Shown piece after piece: positions 50,615-59,890 of a stretch of DNA of 64,000 nucleotides. The notes beneath the pieces were generated by a model that saw only the letters and a list, made by a program, of their open reading frames with translations, was not told the DNA's origin and searched no databases. Within the stretch, counting starts at the first letter, position 1. Every line of letters begins with the position of its first letter. A program made the translations under genes and the position numbers. The DNA comes from Candidatus Multivorans sp. (lineage in GTDB: Bacteria; Acidobacteriota; Thermoanaerobaculia; Multivoradales; Multivoraceae): assembly GCA_965247095.1 (NCBI GenBank), contig OZ251997.1, positions 32,001 through 96,000 of the forward strand, in the 5' to 3' direction.

Positions 50615-52399
50615 TCAGCGGTCGAAGTACGGGTGGTTTGCCACCGGCAGGTGGGGAGCGTTCCCCGACGGCTTTCGGACAGTCAGTTCCTCGAACAGGA
50701 GATCGGGGACCGAGACGGTAACGACCTGGTCCATCGAGAGCGCGGCCAGCAGGAACGCCGGGAGGCGCCCGCCGCTGGCGGACTGAGGCAGGCTGTACAC
50801 CGTGGATGTGTCGGATACCTCGACGATGTCCCTGAACGCGGCTTCGGTGACGCCGGCCAGTTCCGGCTTGGGGATCAGCTCCTCCGTGCCGTCCGGGAAC
50901 ACCTTGTAGGCCGCGGTGAGGCTGCCGACGCCGGGTCCCGGTTCGGAACCGGATACCAGGAAGGAGATGCGCGAGAGAGGGTCCTCGTCGCCGGAAGCGT
51001 TGGCCATGCGGCGCACGACGATTCCGTATTCGGCGCCTCGTTCCTCCACGAGCTGCATGAACTCCGCGAGGAGTTCGTCGCTGTTCATCGTCCGAGTGGA
51101 GGTGAGGAGCAGGTTGCTGGCCAGCGGGCCCTCGCCGCGCCGGTTTCCCGTGCTCTTGTCGATTCCCGGAATTGGATTCCGCGAGGTCAGCAGGGTCTTC
51201 AGGACTCCGTTCTCGACGAGAACCGTGGCCCGCGCTTCGACGCCGTCGTCGTCCACTTCGTAGCCGCCCAGGAAGCCGTCGCCCCTGAGCGAGGGATCGT
51301 CCTGAACGCTGAGGAATCTCGGTAGGACCCTTGCCCCGATCTTGTCGAGGAACGGGTTCCGGTCCTGTTGCAGCATCCTCGCGTACTGCGGCTCGGCGTC
51401 CGGGATGCGGCTGCCCAGCAACCGGGGCACAAGAACCTGCGCGAACAGCTCGGCTGCGGCCTGACCCTCGAAGAGCACTGGGCCGTTGTATTGGTCGATG
51501 GTTGACGCGGACCGTCGAGCGGCCAATCTGGCGCCGATATCCTGGATGCCGGTCTGCAGCGTCTGGTGGTCGCTGACTTCCTCCCACGAAGCGCCATAGG
51601 CCGCGAGCGAATCGTCCAGAACGACGCCGCTGACCGCCTGCGTATGAGCCTTGATCACGATCGAGGCCATCGGATCGGAGCGGATGAAGGCGGATCCTTC
51701 GCTGTTGGCGTAGTAGGTGCGTCGACTCCTGACGGCGGCAACGACCTCCGACTCGTTGACCTCGGGCATCTTCTTGAACAGTCCGGACAGATTCCGGACC
51801 AGGTCGTCGAGTGCTGTTCGGGGCGGAAGGTCCGAACCCGAACTGTCGAAGAAGGAGAACGGCGCCTCCGCCGTGAAGTCCGCTACGTCCTCGGCCCGCG
51901 TCTCGTTCTGCAGGGCCGCGCGCTTCTCTGCGAGCGCATCGAGAGCGGACTTGTAGGCGCTATCGGTGGCAAGCCAGATCTGCCGTCGCAGTTCCCGGTA
52001 ATCGTTCTCGATCGGTAAGGCTGCGCCGGGGCCGAAGCTCGTGGAGAAGAGGGAGAAGGAACTGAAGTTCGTGTTGTCGAAGGACGGCTCGCCGACGCGC
52101 ACTTCGACGCTGAGACGTCTGCTCTTGTCCTCGTTGCTCGAAAGCAACGCCCCGAAACTCCCGGTGGCCTCTAGCCGTTCGGTCTCGGACACGGTGTAGG
52201 CGACGAAGTAGGGCTTCTCGAGTCCCTCCACCTGGAGTTCCTCGACGGTCCGGGCGAGTTCGTCGCGCATGGCCTGCATCAGCACGTTCAGTTCAGGTTG
52301 CTCCTGCGCCTCTGCGCCGGCGAGCGCAACGAGCGACGAGGTGGCCAGCAGAGCCGCCGTGATTCGTATCGTCCAGCCGTCTGAAATTGAGCTGCTCAT
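50615..52399 (-). CDS. TldD/PmbA-family protein lacking the zinc motif (TldE/PmbA-like), exported
   Basis: Signal peptide; AMRDEL.R, KPYFVAY, YNGPVLFEG, YEVDDDGV, LVENGVLK; no HExxH. Confidence 0.82.
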   Translation of the reverse strand: MSSSISDGWTIRITAALLATSSLVALAGAEAQEQPELNVLMQAMRDELARTVEELQVEGLEKPYFVAYTVSETERLEATGSFGALLSSNEDKSRRLSVEVRVGEPSFDNTNFSSFSLFSTSFGPGAALPIENDYRELRRQIWLATDSAYKSALDALAEKRAALQNETRAEDVADFTAEAPFSFFDSSGSDLPPRTALDDLVRNLSGLFKKMPEVNESEVVAAVRSRRTYYANSEGSAFIRSDPMASIVIKAHTQAVSGVVLDDSLAAYGASWEEVSDHQTLQTGIQDIGARLAARRSASTIDQYNGPVLFEGQAAAELFAQVLVPRLLGSRIPDAEPQYARMLQQDRNPFLDKIGARVLPRFLSVQDDPSLRGDGFLGGYEVDDDGVEARATVLVENGVLKTLLTSRNPIPGIDKSTGNRRGEGPLASNLLLTSTRTMNSDELLAEFMQLVEERGAEYGIVVRRMANASGDEDPLSRISFLVSGSEPGPGVGSLTAAYKVFPDGTEELIPKPELAGVTEAAFRDIVEVSDTSTVYSLPQSASGGRLPAFLLAALSMDQVVTVSVPDLLFEELTVRKPSGNAPHLPVANHPYFDR

Positions 52400-52401
52400 G
52401 A

Positions 52402-54138
52402 TCAGAGGTCTCCCTCAGGTGCGGGGAGTAGTGGTGGTCTGTCCTGGGACTTCGACTTCTTCTGCACCTCGATCTGCGACACCAGGATCGAAGGTGATGC
52501 TGCCGAGACGGGCACCATGCCCGATTCGGCGCCGCAGTAGCCGTTGAACACGTCGATCCGGTCGTCCGCCGCGACGACCCGGCTGAAGGTCGTCAGCGGT
52601 GTGCCGATCAGGTCGACGCCCCGGACCAGCTCTTCGCGGCCGTCGGGGTAGACGCGGTAGACGAGGATTGGCGTTACGTTGAACGAGTTCGGTATCGATC
52701 GGCCCGTGAAGGTGAAGCCGCCCTCGATTTCGTGGAAGCGCAGGCCGAATGGTTTGCCCTCCGACTTGATGGCCGCGACGAATCTGGCCTTCAGTTCCTC
52801 GCTCGTCAGTGGGTCGGCCACCTCGACGATGAGATTCGACTGCCTGGCCACGGGCCTGCTGCCGGGCTGCTTGCGGCCATGGCCGTTGGAGTTCGGGAAG
52901 CCGTCGACGGGGGAGCGGGACATGAGAAAGTCCTTGAGGATTCCCTTGTCGATGACGGTCACGCGGCGAGCCATGACGCCCTGGTTGTCATGGCGATAGC
53001 TGCCGGCGAGATCCGAGGGGCCGTACGTCCTCACGGTCGGATCGAAATGGACCGAGAAGCTCTCCGGCAGAACGCGCTGGTTCAGTTGATCTCTGAAGGT
53101 GTGGCTGTCGTCGACCTCCTTCAGACGGTGGCCCTCCAACCGGTGGCCGAGAATCTCGTGGAAGAACACGCCGCTCGCCTCGCCGGACAGGATGGCCGGG
53201 CCGGTGTAGGGCTCCACCAGGGGCGCCTCGCGGAGCGCCAGCAGCGTCTCGATCAGCTTCCGGACGTCACGCTCCACGGTTTCGTCGTCGGGCAGCCCGC
53301 CGGGCGTAAAGGAGATGTAGCTCTTGTACAGCGGCAGGACCATGCCGTCGTCCGCCTTCGTGGTGGCCGCTACGAAGACGCGGTACCTGGTTTCGGAGGT
53401 CTGGATCTGTGAGCCCTCGCTGTTTGTGAACCAGCGGGTTTCGGTGCTTGCCTGGAGGGAAGCCGAGCCCTGAGTGAAATCACCGTGGTCGGCAAAGGGC
53501 GCCGTGTAGGTCCGCACCTTTCGCTCCCAGTCGCCGCGGTCGACGTCGATGGCCTGCGGCTCGTCAACGGCTGTGGACGCTGCTTCGCGAGAGAAGTCGT
53601 CCGACTGGTCCTCGGTCTCGACCTTGACCTGGACGTTCGTCTTCACCTGGGTGAGCTGCTCCAGAGCGCGCTTGTATTGCTTGTCGGTTTCGGACCACAG
53701 GATGCCGCGAATCGCATCCGGGTCGTCGTCGACCGGGACTCGCGTTTGGCTGAAGTCCCGGAGGGAGAAAGACCGGGAGTCTCGGATCGGGCGTGTGTTG
53801 TCGAGGTCGTAGCCGCCCACCCTGAGGTCGATGTCCAGCAAGCGCCCGCGCCCCTCGCTGCTGCTGGTGAGTGCTCCGAACGAGCCCGAGACGGATACGT
53901 TCCGCGACTCGGTGATCTCGTAGCTCAGGAAGTACGGTGGCACTTCCTGCTCGCCGAGCACCTCCATGGAACGCTCGAGTTCCGCCTGCATCGCGTCGAG
54001 GACGACCGACTGGCCGGAGGCCGGCGCCGCCGCGACAGCCAGGGCGGTCAGGCAGGCCGGCGCAAGCCTGAGAAGCCGCCGGCGCTTCACCGGATTGTCG
54101 CGCCCTGCGCGGGTGGATTGGACTTCGGACATGCACAC
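52402..54138 (-). CDS. tldD: TldD-family metallopeptidase, exported
   Basis: GVFFHEILGHRLEG zinc motif, NGHGR, RQSNL, C-terminal NGYCGAESG.VPVS with the Cys ligand; N-terminal KRRRLL plus hydrophobic segment ending ASG-Q. Confidence 0.88.
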   Translation of the reverse strand: MCMSEVQSTRAGRDNPVKRRRLLRLAPACLTALAVAAAPASGQSVVLDAMQAELERSMEVLGEQEVPPYFLSYEITESRNVSVSGSFGALTSSSEGRGRLLDIDLRVGGYDLDNTRPIRDSRSFSLRDFSQTRVPVDDDPDAIRGILWSETDKQYKRALEQLTQVKTNVQVKVETEDQSDDFSREAASTAVDEPQAIDVDRGDWERKVRTYTAPFADHGDFTQGSASLQASTETRWFTNSEGSQIQTSETRYRVFVAATTKADDGMVLPLYKSYISFTPGGLPDDETVERDVRKLIETLLALREAPLVEPYTGPAILSGEASGVFFHEILGHRLEGHRLKEVDDSHTFRDQLNQRVLPESFSVHFDPTVRTYGPSDLAGSYRHDNQGVMARRVTVIDKGILKDFLMSRSPVDGFPNSNGHGRKQPGSRPVARQSNLIVEVADPLTSEELKARFVAAIKSEGKPFGLRFHEIEGGFTFTGRSIPNSFNVTPILVYRVYPDGREELVRGVDLIGTPLTTFSRVVAADDRIDVFNGYCGAESGMVPVSAASPSILVSQIEVQKKSKSQDRPPLLPAPEGDL

Positions 54139-54180
54139 GCCTCCCCTCGGTTGTGGGTCCGGTAGTTTAGACGGAACTCG

Positions 54181-54497
54181 CTAGCCGCCCGTTTGTGCTT
54201 CGACTTCCCTCTCTTCAAAGCGCGCGCCCCGCAGGGTATTCCCGGTCGCGTAGTTCCCCTCGTGGCAGGCCGGGCCTCCCGATTCCGGATCGCCCGGGCT
54301 TCCTCCGCGGTCAGGGTGAGGCGATTCCCCAATTCGGGACTCCGCTGCACCGGCGTCAGAGTGGCGATGTCGTAGTTGCCGGAGAAGTCCGGTTTGCCGC
54401 CGGGGGTCCTGGGGATGTCGTCCGCAGCCGCGGCGCCGGCACAGGCAATTGCGGCGGCGAGAACGAAGGCGATGCGAGTACGACCGTTGATGCTCAT
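54181..54497 (-). pseudogene. Internally deleted secreted protein of the 'PRTPxGKPD...ACHEGNY' family
   Basis: N-terminus (signal, IPRTPGGKPDFSGNYDIATLTPVQR) joins out of frame near 54272 to a C-terminus ACHEGNYATGNTLRGARFEE...*. Confidence 0.7.
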
Positions 54498-54560
54498 CGA
54501 GCTCCTCCCTGACGGTGACCTTCGAGTGTTCCGGTGATTGTAGACCGCACACCGCGTTGT

Positions 54561-54606
54561 CCCTGGGAACGCGGGCGTCTCGCCCGCATCCGGCGCGAAG
54601 CGCCGG
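54561..54606 (+). repeat. REP-like double-hairpin repeat
   Basis: CCCTGGGAACGCGGGCGTCTCGCCCGCATCCGGCGCGAAGCGCCGG, 2 bp from the DUF3604 stop codon. Confidence 0.85.
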
Positions 54607-54608
54607 CG

Positions 54609-56393
54609 CTACTCGCCCGGCACGTACCAGATCGGCGACGACCAGGCGCGCTCCTGGATCGTCGCCGGCAGGTCCGGCCGGGGCCCTGTGCCGGCCCGGA
54701 TCGCGTCCCAGGTCGACCAGCGGCAGCTCGGGTTCTCGAGCACCCGCACGTAGTACAGCGTGTGCCGGTCGGCGTCGAAGTCCGGGTCGCTCCACATCGC
54801 CGAAAGCTCGGCGGCGCCTGAGTCTTCGGAGGTGCTGCAGTCCTTGAGGTCGACCGTGGCGCCGTTGTCGGGGCATCGGGGCGGGTCTCCCGACGGCGCG
54901 CCGCCGCCGGCGCAGGCGACATCGACGATCTGCTCCCGGGCCTCGCCGTCGGCCGCCCAGACCTTGATCACCTGCAGGCGCTGCAGCGGCGCGCTGTCCT
55001 TGTCGCGGGCGGCCCAGGCCAGGAAGCGCGGGCTTCCTCCGTCGGCCGCGAGCAGGTCGCCGCCCATCGGCACGCCCCCCGCATAGGCCTTCGCGGTCAT
55101 CTCCGGGTCGGAGACGAGGTCGTAGTCGTAGTCGTAGCCGGCGAAGAAGCGGACCCGGATGCGGGGGCCGGTGGTGGCGAAAGTCTCCTTGCGCCGCAGC
55201 GCGCCGTAGATCGACTCCCGGGTGTTCTCCTCGGCCCAGACCCCGGCGAGGCCGGAGGCGCCGAAGTACCGGTTGTTGTTCTTCGTGTACTTCTCACCGT
55301 CCGGTAGCGGCCGGTCGAGCGGCACGGCGCCGCGCCGCTGGGGCGTGCCGTCGCCGGTGCCGATCTTGCCGTGGAAGTTGGACTCCTCCGGCGTGCCGCC
55401 CGCGTTGTGGGAGTCGGTGGAGCCGATCAGGCCGAACCGGAACGGATTGAAGCCCCGCGTTGCCTGGAGCATCTGGCCGTTGCGGTAGGACTCGCGGACG
55501 TAGCTGCCCGGAGCTTCGCTGGGCAGAGTGGTGCCGATCCGGTAGGCGTAGATCTCGAAGTCGGCCCATTCGTCGTTCGGGGACAGCAGCGGATGGGTGT
55601 CCGACGTGCCCTTGATCTGGGTGATCTCGACCAGGGGCTCGTTGCGGTTCCGCTGCTCGGCGTAGGCGGCGTCGAGCGGTTTGCCCGAGACCGTCTCGAG
55701 CTTGAACATGTGGCCGTTGCTGCCGTTCGAGTTGTGCGGAATGGCGAGTGCCTCGATCCCGCCGGCGCGCAGGTCGTCGAGCCACTGCCAGAGGTCCTCG
55801 GGATCCTGCGACGTGTCGACGGTGAAGGGCGCGGGCGGCGCTTCGCCGCGGAAGATCACGTTGCGGTGCAGGTTGCCCCGGCCTTCCGAGAACGCCGTGA
55901 ACTCGTAGCCGATGAAAGTGGTGAAGGCGCCTGGCTCGTAGTGCGCCTCAGCGGCGTCGATGATCGCCTGCCAGGCGTTGGGGCCGCCCGGGTTCGGTTC
56001 GTCGTCGTCGGCCCTGGAGCGGCCGGCGCCGGTGAAGATCCTCCCGAAGAAGGGGCTGTCGGGGTCGTCGGTGGCCGGCATCGCGTCGAGGAACTGGCCG
56101 TGATCGGTGACGGCCAGAAAGTCGAGCGGCTGGCCCTGAAGCTGGAAGCGGAAGCCGCCCGGGTGGTCGATCGACTCTCCCCTCGCGTAGCGGTAGGCGT
56201 CGTCGGGTTCGGTGCGGACCGCGAACTGGTAGGCGTCGAAGGAGTAGCGGGTGTGGACGTGGAGGTCGCCGAAGTAGGCGTTACGCAGCGGGTTGGGTGG
56301 GGGCGCGTCATCCTGAGCGACGCTGGTTGAAGCGGCGAGGAGAGCCGGGAGGATGGCGGCGAGGAGGCCGGAACAAATTCTGCTGTGGCCCAA
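54609..56393 (-). CDS. DUF3604 domain protein (PHP-like metallohydrolase), exported; TTG start inferred
   Basis: YFGDLHVHT, LDFLAVTDH, NLHRNVIF, IPHNSN, STDSHN, IQERAWSSPIW; signal peptide. The ORF-track 5' extension overlaps the upstream paralog. Confidence 0.85.
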   Translation of the reverse strand: MGHSRICSGLLAAILPALLAASTSVAQDDAPPPNPLRNAYFGDLHVHTRYSFDAYQFAVRTEPDDAYRYARGESIDHPGGFRFQLQGQPLDFLAVTDHGQFLDAMPATDDPDSPFFGRIFTGAGRSRADDDEPNPGGPNAWQAIIDAAEAHYEPGAFTTFIGYEFTAFSEGRGNLHRNVIFRGEAPPAPFTVDTSQDPEDLWQWLDDLRAGGIEALAIPHNSNGSNGHMFKLETVSGKPLDAAYAEQRNRNEPLVEITQIKGTSDTHPLLSPNDEWADFEIYAYRIGTTLPSEAPGSYVRESYRNGQMLQATRGFNPFRFGLIGSTDSHNAGGTPEESNFHGKIGTGDGTPQRRGAVPLDRPLPDGEKYTKNNNRYFGASGLAGVWAEENTRESIYGALRRKETFATTGPRIRVRFFAGYDYDYDLVSDPEMTAKAYAGGVPMGGDLLAADGGSPRFLAWAARDKDSAPLQRLQVIKVWAADGEAREQIVDVACAGGGAPSGDPPRCPDNGATVDLKDCSTSEDSGAAELSAMWSDPDFDADRHTLYYVRVLENPSCRWSTWDAIRAGTGPRPDLPATIQERAWSSPIWYVPGE

Positions 56394-56397
56394 GCCC

Positions 56398-58260
56398 TCA
56401 GCCGCCCGGGACGTACCAGATCGATGACGACCAGGCCCGTTCCTGGATTGTGGCCGGCATCCCCGGATTGGGCGCCACGCCGGCGCGGATCGCGTCCCAG
56501 GTCGACCAGCGGCAGGTCGGGTTCTCCAGCACGCGCACGTAGTAGACGGCATGCTTCGCCGCGTCGAAGTCCGGGTCGCTCCAGATCGCCGACAGTTCGG
56601 CTACGCCCAGGTCCTGGGAGTAGCTGCAGTCGGAGAGATCAACGGTGGCGCCGTTGTCGGGGCAGCGGAGAGGGTCGCCGGACGGCAGGCCGCCGTCGGA
56701 GCAGGCGACGTCGATGACGTCTTCACGCGCTTCGCCGTCCTCGACCCAGCCCTTGACCATCTGCAGGCGCTGGAGCGAAGCGCTGTCCGCGTCGCGGGCG
56801 GCCCAAACCAGGAAACGTGGGCGCCTGCCTTCGTCCGCGAGCAGGTCGCCGCCCATCGGCACGCCGCCCTCGTAGGCGTTGGCGATCATCTCCGGACTCG
56901 CGGTCAGATCGTCGGTGTAGCCGTAGCCGGCGAAGAAGCGGACGCGAATGCGCGGGCCGGTGGTGGCGAAGGTCTCCTTGCGCCGGAACGCGTCGTAGAT
57001 CGAGTCGCGGGTGTTCTCTTCCGCCCAGACCCCGGCAAGGCCCGAGCCGCCCCAGAACTGGAAGGCGTTCTGGATGTACTTCTCGCCGTCCTCCGTGGGC
57101 TCGTCGAGCGGTACCGAGCCGCGTCTCTGGCCGCTGCCGTCGCCGGTGCCGACCTTGCCGTGGAAGTTGTCCTCCTCGGGCGTGCCGGCGGAGTTGTGGG
57201 TGTCGGTCGCGCCGACGATGCCGAAGCGGAACGGGTTGAAGCCCTGGGTCTCCTGGAGCATGAGGCCGTTTACGTAGGCCTCCCTGACGTAGCTGCCCTT
57301 GGGTTCGCTGTAGAGATTGGTGGCGATGCGGTAGGGGAAGATCTCGAAGTCGGCCCACTCGTCGTTCGGCGACAGCAGCGGGTGGGTCTCCGAAGTGCCC
57401 TTGACCTGGGTCATCTCGACCAGGGGCTCGTTGCGCATCCGCAGGTCGGCGTAGGCGGCGTCAAGCGGTTCGCCGCCCACCGTTTCGAGCTTGAACATGT
57501 GGCCGTTGCTGCCGTTCGAGTTGTGGGGGATGGCGAGCCCTTCGATGCCCTCCGCCCGGCGTTCGTCGAGCCAGTGCCAGAGGTCCTCGGGATTGCGCGA
57601 ATCGGTCGACGCAAAGGGCTTCGGCGGCGCTTCGCTGCCGCGGAAGATGACGTTGCGGTGCAGGTTGCCGCGGTCGTCCGACGAGGTCGTGTACTCGTAG
57701 CCGATGAAGGTGGTGAAGTTCCCGGGGTCGTTGTGGGCCTCGGCGGCCTCGATGATCGCCTGCCAGGCGGTGGTTTTGGCGTCGTCCTGCGCGTCCTGCG
57801 GCAACTCGGCGAACTCGCCGCTGCGGAGCCCCTGGATGGCGCGCGTGAAACCGCCCCCTTCGCGCAGATCGGTCCCGAGGACGGTCTCGTAGAGGGGATT
57901 CTCGGGGTTGTCCATCTCCGGGAGGACGCCAAGATAGAGGCCGTGGTCGGTCACCGCCTGGAAGTCCAGGGCGCCGCTCTGAAGCTGGATCTGATGACCG
58001 CTCGCATGCTCGATCGCCTCGCCCTTGGCGAAGCGGTAGGCGTCGTCGGGGTTCGTGCGCGTGCCGAACAGGTACGAATCGAAGGAGTACTTGGTGTGCA
58101 CGTGGAGGTCGCCGAAGTAGGCGTCCTTCAGCGGGTTCGGCGCCGCGGCGTCGCCGCCGCCGGCGGCACCGGCGCCGGCTTCCTGGTCGCCGGCAGCGCA
58201 GCCGAGCAGAACGAGCGAGAGAAGGGTCAGGAAGGCGAGGACCGTGCGAGTCGGGCGCAT
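56398..58260 (-). CDS. DUF3604 domain lipoprotein
   Basis: GGAG RBS, lipobox LLG-C; same motifs as the downstream paralog. Confidence 0.88.
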   Translation of the reverse strand: MRPTRTVLAFLTLLSLVLLGCAAGDQEAGAGAAGGGDAAAPNPLKDAYFGDLHVHTKYSFDSYLFGTRTNPDDAYRFAKGEAIEHASGHQIQLQSGALDFQAVTDHGLYLGVLPEMDNPENPLYETVLGTDLREGGGFTRAIQGLRSGEFAELPQDAQDDAKTTAWQAIIEAAEAHNDPGNFTTFIGYEYTTSSDDRGNLHRNVIFRGSEAPPKPFASTDSRNPEDLWHWLDERRAEGIEGLAIPHNSNGSNGHMFKLETVGGEPLDAAYADLRMRNEPLVEMTQVKGTSETHPLLSPNDEWADFEIFPYRIATNLYSEPKGSYVREAYVNGLMLQETQGFNPFRFGIVGATDTHNSAGTPEEDNFHGKVGTGDGSGQRRGSVPLDEPTEDGEKYIQNAFQFWGGSGLAGVWAEENTRDSIYDAFRRKETFATTGPRIRVRFFAGYGYTDDLTASPEMIANAYEGGVPMGGDLLADEGRRPRFLVWAARDADSASLQRLQMVKGWVEDGEAREDVIDVACSDGGLPSGDPLRCPDNGATVDLSDCSYSQDLGVAELSAIWSDPDFDAAKHAVYYVRVLENPTCRWSTWDAIRAGVAPNPGMPATIQERAWSSSIWYVPGG

Positions 58261-58366
58261 GACGATCTCCTTGGTGGGATTGTGCGTAGGTTAGCGCGGA
58301 TGGCCCGCGCTATGAGCGTGCGCCGCAGAACATGGGGTGCGCTGATTCTCCCTGCCGCGCACGCTG

Positions 58367-59890
58367 CTATGGGTCGCCGAGCGCCGGCGCCGCGTACCCG
58401 CGAAAAACGCCCCGACCGATGAGTGCCGCCACGCCGGCGATGTCGTCGGCGAGCGGCCGGTCCTCCGTGTACGGCGGCGAGATCGCGCGCACTGTTTCCA
58501 TGGCTTCCTCAATTGCCGTGGAACTCCGGGCGGGTCGGCGAAACTCGATCCCCTGCGCTGCCGCGAGCAGTTCGATCGCGACGATGTTCTGCACGTTGTC
58601 CAGCATGTCGTGCAGCCGCCGGGCCCCGTGGGTCGCCATGCTGACGTGGTCCTCCTGGTTGGCGGAGGTTGGGATGGTGTCCACGCTGGCGGGGTGGGAG
58701 AGGCACTTGTTCTCGGAAACCAGGGCCGCGGCGGTGGTTCCAGCCATCATGAAACCGCTGTTGAGGCCGCTGTTCCGGACCAGGAACGCCGGCAGTCCGC
58801 TGAGATTGGCGTCGATGAGGAGTGCGGTGCGGCGTTCGGACAAGGAACCGATCTCGGCGACTGCAAGCGCCAGGTAGTCGGCGGCGAGTGCTATCGGTTC
58901 CGCATGGAAGTTGCCGCCGGAGAGGATCTCCCCTGTGCTCGCGAACACCAGGGGGTTGTCGGTGACCGCGTTCGCCTCGGTCTTGAGAACGGCCGAAACG
59001 TGGCGGAGCGCGTCGAGGCAGGCGCCCATGACCGGCGGCTGGCAGCGGATCGAGTAGGGGTCCTGCACGCGGTTGCACTGGAGGTGCGAGGCTCTGATCT
59101 CGCTGTCCCGCATCAACTCGCGCAGCGCGGCGGCGACGTCGGTCTGGCCGGAATGGCCGCGGAGTTGCTGGATTCGTGGATCGAACGGGCCGTCGCTGCC
59201 CTTGATCGCATCGGTTGCCATCGCGCCGGCCACAAGCGCCGCAGCCAGGACGTTCTCGGTGCGGAAGGCGGCCGTGAGCGCCAGCGCGGTGGACACCTGG
59301 GTGCCGTTCAAGAGCGCAAGGCCCTCCTTCGGCGCCAGCCGGATCGGTTCGATACCGGCCTCGGCCAGCGCCTCGACCGCTGGGATCAGCCTGCCTCGGA
59401 GGTGGGCCCCGCCCTCACCGAGCAGCACAAGCGAGAGATGGGCGAGCGGGGCGAGATCGCCTGAGGCGCCGACCGAGCCCTGCGACGGAATGCACGGGTA
59501 GATCTCGTGCTCGAGCAGCGCTGTCAGTGCGTCGACGAGCTCCAGCCGGACGCCGGAATGACCGCGGGCGAGCCCCATGACCTTCAGCAGGATCACAAGG
59601 CGCACGACCTCGTCATCCAGGTCCTTGCCGACGCCGGCGGCGTGAGAGCGCACGAGGTTCTCCTGCAGGTGGGCGAGTTCGTCCTCCTCGATCCGCACCT
59701 GGGCGAGCTGCCCGAAACCCGTGTTGACGCCGTAGACCGCCGTGCCCTCGGCGATCACCCTGCGGACCGCGGCGGCGGATTCGTCGATCCTGCGCCGGGC
59801 GCCCTCGCTCAACTCGACGCTCAGCGGAGTGAGCCAGGCCTCGCGCAGTTGAGCGAGTGGTACCGGCGAGCCGTCGAGCCTCAATCTCAT
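58367..59890 (-). CDS. hutH: Histidine ammonia-lyase, 507 aa
   Basis: YGVNTGFG, GSVGASGDLAPLAH (ASG, MIO cofactor), QDPYSIRC, NQEDHVSMA; ATG overlaps the hutU TGA. Confidence 0.96.
   Translation of the reverse strand: MRLRLDGSPVPLAQLREAWLTPLSVELSEGARRRIDESAAAVRRVIAEGTAVYGVNTGFGQLAQVRIEEDELAHLQENLVRSHAAGVGKDLDDEVVRLVILLKVMGLARGHSGVRLELVDALTALLEHEIYPCIPSQGSVGASGDLAPLAHLSLVLLGEGGAHLRGRLIPAVEALAEAGIEPIRLAPKEGLALLNGTQVSTALALTAAFRTENVLAAALVAGAMATDAIKGSDGPFDPRIQQLRGHSGQTDVAAALRELMRDSEIRASHLQCNRVQDPYSIRCQPPVMGACLDALRHVSAVLKTEANAVTDNPLVFASTGEILSGGNFHAEPIALAADYLALAVAEIGSLSERRTALLIDANLSGLPAFLVRNSGLNSGFMMAGTTAAALVSENKCLSHPASVDTIPTSANQEDHVSMATHGARRLHDMLDNVQNIVAIELLAAAQGIEFRRPARSSTAIEEAMETVRAISPPYTEDRPLADDIAGVAALIGRGVFRGYAAPALGDP

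Noticed and set aside
55119-55136. (GTCGTA)x3 microsatellite
   Set aside because: In-frame hexamer encoding YDYDYD; too short to suggest phase variation.
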